Shown here: positions 9,212 to 19,300 of the stretch, piece after piece | How the letters are laid out: each line of letters begins with the position of its first letter | How positions within the stretch are numbered: the stretch's first letter is position 1 | Assembly (NCBI GenBank): GCA_002748425.1 | Contig: PDSJ01000010.1 | Location: 35,841-99,840, forward strand | Reading direction: 5' to 3' | Length of the DNA stretch: 64,000 bases | Source of the DNA: a candidate division KSB3 bacterium | GTDB taxonomy: Bacteria; Moduliflexota; Moduliflexia; Moduliflexales; Moduliflexaceae | The notes under the pieces: model-generated | The model's input: only the letters and a program-made list of their open reading frames with translations | Told to the model about the DNA's origin: nothing | Database searches by the model: none | Made by a program: the position numbers and the translations under genes

Positions 9212-10966
9212 TCAAAAAAGAGGAAACACGATGCGAATCGTTGTGCCCTTTTCAGGGGCATTGCGAATATCAATCTGCGCATGATGTTCTTCAAGAATTT
9301 TTCGAGCCAGGCTCATGCTCAGCCTGCAATCATACTGGCTTTCATGCCCGATAAAGGGATTGAAAAAATGCGCCAGTGTTTCCGACGGCATTCCATCCCC
9401 GTCATCAGTAAATTCAAGAGAGAGCGCGTCTTTATCGCCCCGGCTGCTGACGGTCCAATTCCCTCCATTTGGCATAATGTGACAAGCGTAATCCGTAAGA
9501 TGTCGAAAGACATGTGCCATTTTTTCACGATCAATAAAAAAATTTCCGTTATACGCCCAATGCCGATGAACATGGATTTGTCGCTCTTCAAGCATTGTGT
9601 CAAACTCTGCAAACATTTCTTCAAGAAATTCTGTCACCGGGACACGTTGCTTTGCTAATATGCTCTTTTCATTTTGTGACAAGCGTCGAAAGCCATCGAA
9701 AATCTCTTCGATCCGGGTCACACTGCCAGACAAGGCCTGAGAAGGCAGTACGCTGTCTTCAGCATGCTGCCCGTCAAGCTCTTCGGCGACTCCCCGGATA
9801 CGTTGAAGGGATGGCTTAAGCTGATCATGAAAAAACTCCGCCAGTTGACCAAGCTCCTTCATCTGCTCGTTGAAGACTCTTTGGCTTGTGAAGCGTATAT
9901 TTGATAAGGAGATAGACACTTGACCCGCCAATGACACGATAAAATTCAGATCGTCTTGTGTGAATGTTGCGTTATGTTCGAAACCATACACTGTAAAGAT
10001 ACCGATTTCACAACTGTCTATTCGCATTGGAACCAGCATGAGGCACTCAAGTCCGGGGTATTCCACCGCCAAAACGTTCAGTTGCTCGTCAAACTCGACA
10101 TCCTGGATCAGAAGGGGAACGTCTTTTTTGATCGTGTCCCATAAAATCCGATCGCCGGCAAGGGGCTTGGCAGCGAGCAGAAGATCGTCGGGCCTCCCGT
10201 ATGAGACGCCGATTTGGAGACGCTGCGTGTCTTCATCTATCAAAAGAATCGCACAATGCTCAATTCCAAGCTCCCCGTAGACCGAAGATAAAGTGAGCTG
10301 CAAGAGTTCATCGCGGTCCGGGATCATCGTAATCGTTTTCCCAATATCATTCAGCAGGGATAATTCTCGAATTTTTGCATCAAGCCGGCGCCGGGCTTCA
10401 TCGACTTCCGTATACAACTCCGCCAACTGCATATTCGAATCAACAGCTTTGGCCATCAATTCATTAGAAAGCTGGTAAGCGCGTTCGAGTTCTTCTGTGC
10501 GCTGCTGAACCTTCTCCTCAAGCTGACGGTTCAGCTCTTTCTGGCGCTTATATGAGCTGCGCAACTGATTTTCCAGCTCCCAGTTGCGTCGCTTCATTTC
10601 AAATTTTTCAAGATTATCGCTGATACTATAAGAAAGCTTTGACACAAAGTCATCCGATTTTGTTAAATAATCAGAGGCACCATTTTTCAGAGCGCCCACA
10701 GCTAGCCCTTCAGAACCGTTGTCAGTCATCATAATGACTGGTACATCAGTATGATTTCGAACGATTTTTTGTAAGAGACTCAGTCCATCGGTATCGGGCA
10801 GAGAGTGCTCCAGGAGGATCAAATCACAGTGATGCTGTGCCATATAGTCTAAGCCGTCAGCGCCGTTTGAAGCTGTCACCACCGTATATTTCTGTTGTTG
10901 CAGGATTTCCAGAATAGATTCCTGGGCCGATTCACTGCCGCCTATGAGTAAAATATTCGCTCTCAT
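9212..10966 (-). CDS. Receiver-coiled coil-GAF-histidine kinase-like protein with degenerate catalytic motifs
   Basis: Receiver fold with LILLEHSLP, GAF-like middle region, HATPase-like C-terminus retaining DDGDG but lacking the N and G2 boxes. Confidence 0.8.
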   Translation of the reverse strand: MRANILLIGGSESAQESILEILQQQKYTVVTASNGADGLDYMAQHHCDLILLEHSLPDTDGLSLLQKIVRNHTDVPVIMMTDNGSEGLAVGALKNGASDYLTKSDDFVSKLSYSISDNLEKFEMKRRNWELENQLRSSYKRQKELNRQLEEKVQQRTEELERAYQLSNELMAKAVDSNMQLAELYTEVDEARRRLDAKIRELSLLNDIGKTITMIPDRDELLQLTLSSVYGELGIEHCAILLIDEDTQRLQIGVSYGRPDDLLLAAKPLAGDRILWDTIKKDVPLLIQDVEFDEQLNVLAVEYPGLECLMLVPMRIDSCEIGIFTVYGFEHNATFTQDDLNFIVSLAGQVSISLSNIRFTSQRVFNEQMKELGQLAEFFHDQLKPSLQRIRGVAEELDGQHAEDSVLPSQALSGSVTRIEEIFDGFRRLSQNEKSILAKQRVPVTEFLEEMFAEFDTMLEERQIHVHRHWAYNGNFFIDREKMAHVFRHLTDYACHIMPNGGNWTVSSRGDKDALSLEFTDDGDGMPSETLAHFFNPFIGHESQYDCRLSMSLARKILEEHHAQIDIRNAPEKGTTIRIVFPLF

Positions 10967-11233
10967 GATCTCTGCGGAACGTCATGAATACGCCGATTAT
11001 GGCGTATTCTTTCATGCACTTGATGAATTTCACGAATCTTTTTTGAACGTTACACAATATTCCATCGATTCATAAAAAAAGAAACTATCTCGAAAGTGAG
11101 GCTGCTGTCAAGACATTTTTTCTCAGCGTCATCTTCAAAAGTCTTCTTGCAGCGCTGCAGCTGAGAGAGGATGCGGCTTCCGTCTTCTCCCCATTCTTTT
11201 CCAGGAACGCCGCAACAGGAATCATGAAGAAGG

Positions 11234-13054
11234 TTACACGATCGTTCCAGTAACCCGAATCACCTCTTCAACCGTCGTGATGCCCTCTTTCATCTTTCGA
11301 ATCGCGCTCTCACGCAAGGTCTGCATCCCTTCTTTAAGAGCCTCCTCTTTTATATCGTGGGCACCGGCATTGTTATGGATCAGTGCCCGAATTTTCGGGC
11401 TTACCGGCATGACTTCAAAAATAGCGCTCCGTCCATAATAGCCGGTCCCGCGACATTTTCCACAGCCTTCTCCCTTTTGCAGCAACACGCCGCGCATGGA
11501 AGGATCGGCCGCAAGCTTAAGGGCCGCAAGTTCGGTGGAACTCGGCTTACAGGCAGCGCCGCAATTGTCACAGACTTTCCGCACGAGACGCTGCGCCAAT
11601 ACCGCGATTAAGGTCGATTCAACCAGAAAAGGCTCTGCGCCCATATCTACCAGACGGGCAATCGCTGAAGGAGCATCGTTGGTATGTAAAGTGCTCAGGA
11701 CCAGATGACCTGTTAATGCCGCATGAATGGCATTGTCAACCGTTTCAGTATCCCTGATCTCTCCAACCATGATCACATCCGGGTCCTGGCGCACAATGTT
11801 CCGAAGAGCCGTGCCAAAGGTTAAGCCCACATTCGCTCGAACAGCGATTTGGTTTAAATGTTCATTGAGCATCTCGATCGGATCCTCGATCGTCATGACA
11901 TTGATTTGCTCGGTAGACAATTTTTCAAGCGTCGAGTAGAGGGTCGTTGTTTTGCCGCTTCCGGTTGGTCCGGTGATCAGGATGATCCCGTTACTTTTCG
12001 CAATAAAGGACATATACTGTTCGGCTTCCGCTTCCGAGAACCCCAGCTCTTCGATATTCTGCACCAGCGTGCCTCTGTCGAGAACGCGGATAACGACTTT
12101 TTCGTCGTAGGCAACGGGCATGGTGGAGACACGCAGTTCGATGTCCCTCCCGTGAAAACGGGTCTTGATGCGTCCATCCTGCGGGCGGCGCTTTTCGGCA
12201 ATATCCATACGCGACAGCATTTTGATACGTGAAATGATCGCAGCATTAACGGATTTCGGCATACGATGGATGTTGTGCAGGAGTCCGTCAATACGCAGCC
12301 GAATCTGGCTGTACTCCCGTTTCGGTTCAATATGAATATCGCTGGCCCGTTGCTCAAAGGCATAATTAAACAGTAAATTGACGGCGTTGACAATGTGTTT
12401 GTCCGTATAGCGGATATTGACGTCGGTATATTGTTCCAGGTTCCCAAAATCGATCCGCCCTCCGAGGTCTTCTTCAGCCGCCTTGACAGACGTTCGAAAA
12501 CCATGAAATTCTTTCACAATTTTCAAAATGTCCGTTTTCGTGCTGATGACAGGCTTCACTTTCATCCCTGAGACTCTCCGGACGGTTTCAAGGGCTTCGA
12601 TGTCCCAGGGATTCATGACAGCCACCGTTAGAAGCTCATGCTCTTCGTCGCTGTGAATCGGCACGATCAGATGCTTGACGGCAAACGGTTCAGACAGCTT
12701 GGACGTCACGGTTTCCATATCCAGTTTAAGCGGATCGAGACGGGTAAAGGGAAGCCCCCAGTGAGTCGCCAGTGTCTTCATGATCAACTCTTCCGTCAGG
12801 ATATCCTCTTTACTCCGGGGCAGCCGTAAATGCATAGAACTGATGACATCCACCACTGTCACCTCCTCGACCAGCCAATTTTTAGAAGATTTCACTCTGG
12901 AATTATTGTGACTTTCTTTTAACAATCTTGATTGAAGCAGCTTCTGATGCTTGTCCTTCTGTATCAAGATCTCTTGTTCCTGTTCCTGCCCGAGAAGATC
13001 GTTTTCTCTTAAGACCGAACAGACAAAATCTGCATCAAAGGTATTGGAAGCCAT
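11234..13054 (-). CDS. GspE/PilB-family secretion or pilus assembly ATPase
   Basis: ASDIHIEP, RRPQDG, GPTGSGKTT, TIEDPIE, RQDPDVIMVGEIRD, TGHLVLSTLH, two CxxC pairs. Confidence 0.93.
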   Translation of the reverse strand: MASNTFDADFVCSVLRENDLLGQEQEQEILIQKDKHQKLLQSRLLKESHNNSRVKSSKNWLVEEVTVVDVISSMHLRLPRSKEDILTEELIMKTLATHWGLPFTRLDPLKLDMETVTSKLSEPFAVKHLIVPIHSDEEHELLTVAVMNPWDIEALETVRRVSGMKVKPVISTKTDILKIVKEFHGFRTSVKAAEEDLGGRIDFGNLEQYTDVNIRYTDKHIVNAVNLLFNYAFEQRASDIHIEPKREYSQIRLRIDGLLHNIHRMPKSVNAAIISRIKMLSRMDIAEKRRPQDGRIKTRFHGRDIELRVSTMPVAYDEKVVIRVLDRGTLVQNIEELGFSEAEAEQYMSFIAKSNGIILITGPTGSGKTTTLYSTLEKLSTEQINVMTIEDPIEMLNEHLNQIAVRANVGLTFGTALRNIVRQDPDVIMVGEIRDTETVDNAIHAALTGHLVLSTLHTNDAPSAIARLVDMGAEPFLVESTLIAVLAQRLVRKVCDNCGAACKPSSTELAALKLAADPSMRGVLLQKGEGCGKCRGTGYYGRSAIFEVMPVSPKIRALIHNNAGAHDIKEEALKEGMQTLRESAIRKMKEGITTVEEVIRVTGTIV

Positions 13055-13317
13055 AGCGTAGATTTCTTTTCCTCAAACTCTCAGGCATTGTGTCATAATG
13101 CCTGTTACGAATATGTTATGTGTCTAACAACTGTAGAACATGACAGACAAATTTCCTCCTGCGGTTCTGCGCAAAATTGTCCCACCGCAGCACTTCTCAG
13201 GCAGAAACAACAGAAGGGATGAAGGATCAACTCCGTCGCTTTTGTCCTCCATCCCTTCGGGTGTCCCGCATCACAGCGCAGAAATCGTCTTCAGATTTTC
13301 GGAACGCACCTTGTGAT

Positions 13318-16300
13318 CTACTGCAGAATTTCTTCAAGAACCTCGGTACTAAAGCCGATATTATCAATGCCGATCGACTTTCCGTGAAATGAGAGCCACG
13401 ATGTATGCGCATAGTCAAGCTGATAGCGGCGCAGGTCTCCGGCAAGGTCTGCCTGAACCAGCGTCCAGCCGTCACGCCAGATCCTGCTCTGTAAAGGCAT
13501 GTAAATATAGTTCCCGGAAAGCCCTTCTGAAGCAGCCTCGCCCGGTGTCTCCGGAAGGTAAGCCACATAGTATTCCTTCCCGTCTCCAGCCTGGACCTTC
13601 ACAATCAGCTTAAACTCTGGTCCGGCTTTCACCATGGCCATGAAGAACGGCTGCGAAGATAATTGACCGATAGCGCTCTTCGGATATGTGATCACAATAT
13701 CTGACGCATTACTCGATTCTGCCGACAGGAAGGTGTTCACGTCAGTCGAACGGGGCCTGATGCCTGCGATAACGACTCCATCAAACAGTTCGTCACGGCG
13801 CGAACTTCCGACTTGTCGCACATCAGAGGCAAAAGATTCCTCGGCAAGCCGCACGCTTCCGCTGCCGAAATGCAGCTTCCAGCCATTTTGCAACGGCGGC
13901 ACTCTGTCTTCAAAATCGGTGATCGGCGTAAATACCTGTCCTTTCAGCGTCACCTTCCGCAAGGAGACGCTTTCGCTTCTTACGACAAAACGATCGGCCC
14001 CAAGGTACGTATGGCCGGTTGCATCCAGCAGATCCAGTAACAGATCCCGTTTCATTTCATGCCATCCGCCGTCCAGCAATGCTGCATCAAGCGGATAAAA
14101 CACATAGTTTTCAATACGTTTCCACGGTGTTCCTGCAAGAGACAGCGCCGCGGCCTCCTCAGGCGCGTTCAAGACTTCGATTATGCGTGAAGCGCCATGC
14201 TGCGCATTGGTCAAGGGCTCTTCCGTCGTATAACAGAGATAATACGGCTCTCCCCTCTCTGCAGCAGTCACACGGGCACAGAACGTGAACGGCTCTGTGC
14301 CTTTCACGTCAAAGCGTAATGCTGCCTGTGGCAGAGTCTTGCCCGCAGGATATACAGCGGTCATGGCAGCAGCATTGACGCGCCCCTTGACGTTGGAGCT
14401 TTTTTGCAAGCTGATCGCTGCATCTACTCCACCTGAAATTCTGCCAGAACCTTTGCCCTGCACGAGCTTCCATCTGGATCGTTCTGACGGCGAAATCGCC
14501 CGGGACTGCGCCGTACGTTCTTCTGCCGGAAAGGTCGTTTCCAGGACGAAATTTGATATCTCAGACACATTGCCGCTCCGATCAATAGAGCGCAGAGCAA
14601 AAGAGTAGGTCTGATCCGGCAGCAGATGAGCGACAACAAATTCCTCCACTTGTCCCGGCGCATTCGGAACAGGCGGCAGTGCGACTTTCTGCGCGCGTTC
14701 CCAGGGGAATTGCTGCATAATTTCTCCATCAGGCGGCAGTGGGAAATAACGAATGTCGTAGGCAGCGACCGACAAATCCTCCAAAGACGCCCGAGTGACC
14801 GGTCCCGCAGCGTCGGCAGAAGCGGTCCAACGCAGCATTACGCTGGAAGATGTCGGATAGAAGGCTCTTAAATCAGCCACGGCCGCCGGAGACGTCAGAT
14901 CCTGAGTCCGAGCTTCCAGCGGGCTGGAAAGCGGCGAAAGATTACCAGCCTCATCGATCGCCCGAACAGCAACGTAATACGGAGTATTCTCTTCCAGACC
15001 GCTGATGGTATATTCCATCAGACTTCCGGGAGGCCCCGGCTGCAAATCGTCTACCCCCAGCGACGCGCTGTCCCAGTTATCTTCGCCCAAAGGCCCCAGG
15101 CTGTAGCGAAGTGCATAAGACGCAGGTGTCTCGTGCTTGGCATCGTCGGCAATGACTGTCCAGGACACGGTCAGGGACTGCTTGTCGGCCTGTGCCACAG
15201 TCAGATCGTCGATCGCCTGCGGCGCAATGGTGTCCGTTGTATACGCGATCGCCACATTCGACAGCGGCGAACGTTCCTTACTGCTGTCCAAGACTTTGAT
15301 CCCGAAATAGTAGCACATATTCGGTGAGAGGGTTTCGACAGTAATCGACTCCATTTCACCAAAGGTTTTCGGCACCAGCTTGTGTTTCACCCTTTCAGCT
15401 GTAGTCCATTTTTTCAGACCTTCGGGTGACTCGGCATAACGAATCTCATACTTCACAACCCGGTCGGCCATCCGATCCTTCGGAGCGGTCCAGGACAGGG
15501 TCACACTCGTTTCCGTCCCCGTGACAAAGGTCAGATCGTTGATATGCTGGGGGAGAACTTTGCCGATTAGCGCGATGTTGGAAAGCCCGGAGAGATTTTT
15601 GGCATCATCGATCGTTATCATGGCCACATAATAGCTGCGATCTTTTCTCAACCCCGTAATCGTATACTCTTGCGCTGTTCCGGCTGCATCCGGCAACGGT
15701 TCGCCCTGAATCAACGTGGCCTTCTTCCATTGTTTAACGTGTTTCTCTTTTTCAGCAAAACGGATATCGTAAAAAGCCGCTGTCCCGCGATCAGCATTAT
15801 CACCCGGCGCAGTCCAACTGAGTTTTACGTCGCCATTCGCCTGTCTTTCAGCCTTTAAATCGACAATCGCGGACGGTGCACTTGTATCTTCAGGCGACCA
15901 TTGTGCAGAATTTGATAATGGACTCATATTGAGCTGCTCATCAATGCTCTGCAACGCAAAGTACACAGTCTCCTCACTTGACGGCACCTGCACAACCGTT
16001 TTCTGATACGTTCCGGCGCTCAAAGGCTTCGGGACAGGTCTCGCCACTGTCATAGCGTTCCAGTTCTCTTCAGTCACAGGCTCATATCCATAACGAATAT
16101 CATACCTGGTCGCGCTTCCCTCAAAATCGTTATCCCCTGGAGCCGTCCAGCTGAGCTCGATGTTCCGCAATCCTCCTGCAGCCTCACCGCCATCCCGCGC
16201 AACCAGGTCCGCCACATCTGCCGGCGGCATGGTGTCAGGACGACGCAGCTCAACCACATTTGACAGCGCCGACGTCTGCGAGCTCTCATCCATACCAGCG

Positions 16301-19300
16301 TCGCTCCCCAACTTGACAGCCCAGAAAATCTGTTCGTAGGGCGGCAGACCGCGCACACGGATTCTTTCCGGGCTTCCCGGCTCTTTAACGCTCAAATCGT
16401 CCAGAACGTGAGGACGTGCAGAACGGGCTTTGTCCCAGGTGTCTTCCGTAATTTTCGAGGAACTGTAGCGAATGTCGTAGGGCAGTCTGTCCTGTAAAAA
16501 GACCCCGCCAGGCGTGGTCCAGCTCAGAACCACCTCATCCTCTGAAAAGTCAGCGATTTCAAGATCAGTAATAACATTCTCCGACGTGTAGACCCGTACA
16601 ATATTTGATACGGGCGACACGTTTCCTTCCACATCAAAGGTTCTCACAGCAATATAATACAGCGTATTCACACGAAGCCCAGAAAGCAGAAGATGTTCTT
16701 CATCTCCCTGCGGCGAGGGTTGAGGAATCCCAGTGGCAACACGAGCCTCAGACCATCTTGCTTCTGTTAACGGACGATCCGAATAGCGCACATCATATCC
16801 TGCAGGAATACCGTGCAAGTCGTCATCTCCCGGGGAAATCCAGCTCAGCCGCACCGACGTGCCGTCCATCTGTTCAGCAGTCAAGGTTGTAATCATGCCG
16901 GGAGCGACGGTATCGCTGGTGGACACTTCAAGCTGATTCGAGAGAGGCGAGGTATTACCGTCAGCATCAACCGCCGTCATCGCAAAGTAATATCTGGTGT
17001 TGGGCGACAGACCAGTCACCCGGACGCGCTGTCTTGTGCCAGCAGGTTCCGGATCCGGGAGCAGAGGAACCGACCGCGCATCGGGCCAGCTTGCCGGAGT
17101 GATCGACGTCTGGGAATAGCGGAGAGTGTATGATGTCGCCTGCCCTTCCATCCCATCTTCCCCGGGAGCCGTCCATTCCAAGACCACAGAATCAGCTTCA
17201 ACCGAACGAGTCTTCAGATCAGCAATACTTACAGGAGCCAGATTGTCTCGGGTTTTGGCCCGGATGATATTCGACATTTCCGACTCATTTCCAAAAGCAT
17301 CGACGCTTTTCACAGCAACATAATAGCTGGAATCGCTTTTCAAATCGCGAATAACAAAGGATTCTTTTGTCCCGGCCGTTGAAGGCTGCAAGCTATTTGC
17401 CACATCCTGAGCCAAATCCCATTGCTTAATCTGCGTCAGACTCGGCGCAATCCGAATGATCTGCGCGGCTGCCTGGCCGCGACCCCCGTCATCTCCTGTT
17501 GCCGTCCAGGCGATCGTGATGCTGTCAGTCTCTACATTTTTGGCAAAAAGATCGAGAATCGGTCCCGGAGGCACAGTATCAACTTTTGGGATCTGGATCA
17601 CATTTGACAGTGCTGAAGAGTTCCCCTGGGCATCATAGGATTTCAAAGCCAGATAGTAGGCCGAATCTTTTGGACCTTCCGTGACCGTAAAGGTCTCCAG
17701 ATGTTGCGGACGCCCCGGAAGCGGTGCTGTTGGCAAACGGCTTGCCGTGTCCCAGCTCTCTTCGCTGATCGGGCGAAGAGCGTAGCGGATATCGTAGCCG
17801 GCAACGCCCATGCTGTCCTGCTCGGGAGCACTCCAGTTCAGAGTGACGCCATCGGCTCTCAGTTCTTCGATCGCAAGATCGCTGACGGCAGTTGGGGGAA
17901 GAGTCTCTACGGTCTCGATACGAAGAATATTCGAGGTCTCGGAAACGTTCCCCTCGGCATCTACAAGCCGTAGTCCGACAAAATACGGGGTATTTTGGCG
18001 CAGCCCTGTGAGGGTGAAACTTTCCTGTGTGCCTGCCTTCGAAGGGATTGGGAGGTTTTCAGCGGACACAGCAGTGCGCCATTCCCGGATTTCTCTGAGA
18101 TTTCCGGCATAGCGTAATTCGTATGAAGCCGCCTGCTGTCCGTTCGCATCTCCCTGCGCGGTCCATCCCAGTTTCGCCCAGTCACGCCCAAGGCTTTCAA
18201 GATGCAAATCACTAATTGTCGGGGCATCTATACTCTGTGGCACAGACACGAGCGTATGGGGACGCCACACGGCTTCATTCGACATTTGGGAAATATTCAA
18301 GGAATCATCGACCACTTTCAGGCCCCAAAAAATTTCGCGATCGTCCCAGGGCTTTGGTACTTGAATTTTTTGCAGCATTCCTGCAGGCAGCGGAGCCGGA
18401 AGGTTCTCGACCTGAGTCGCCCGCATCCAGTTCTCTTCCGTGATCGCTTCAGGCGCAAAACGGAGATCGTATTGCGCTGCCGTGCCTTGTCCGCCGTCAC
18501 CACCCGATGCGATCCAGCTCAACTCAAGGGTCGTTGCATTCAGTTCTGCCACCTTCAGACTTTGAATCTGAGCAGGGGGCGTATTATCCACTGGAATGAG
18601 CTTGGCTACACTGGAAAGTGGTCCCACGGGAACAAGAGAACCGGCCACCTTATCCATAATCTTCATGGCCACAAACACGGGTTTGTCAACTGCTAACGGC
18701 ACATGTTCCAACTGGTGCGTCTCCCGCTTTCCTGCAGCAGCCAGTTGCAAGGCTGTGTGATATGGAAACGCCGTATCCCAGTTCTCTTCCGTGATCGCTT
18801 CAGCCGCAAAACGGATATCATACCTGGCTTCCGGCGTATACGCGCCAAGAGGCGCTGTCCAGCTCAATGTAAGCGAATTGTCGTCATATTCCATCACAAC
18901 TAAATCAGCCACATAGCCTTCAACATTCGATTTCAGACCTTGATTGTCAAATGCTCGCGGGCCAGCCTTGATCACTGTGGGACCAGACGGCGTCTGGATG
19001 CCCATTCGTCCTGGCCCTGAAGAGATCACACTGATACTCGGCGCGTCTGAGCTGCTTGCCGCCACCGCCATCTTCCGCCCAATCTCACCGTAGTAACCTG
19101 AATGATGAGAATTGCCTCTGAAGCTCTGCCAGGCGATCTGCGGCGCAGTGCTGCCTTTGCGTTCAATCGTCCAGGCATGCATCCGATTATCTTTGGACCC
19201 GACAAAGACTTCAAGCGTTCCATTGCCGTCCGTGTCTCCAAGCGCCGGTGTGGCGGAAATTTCTCCACCAGTGCTCTTAGGCCATCCAGGCAGAAGACGT

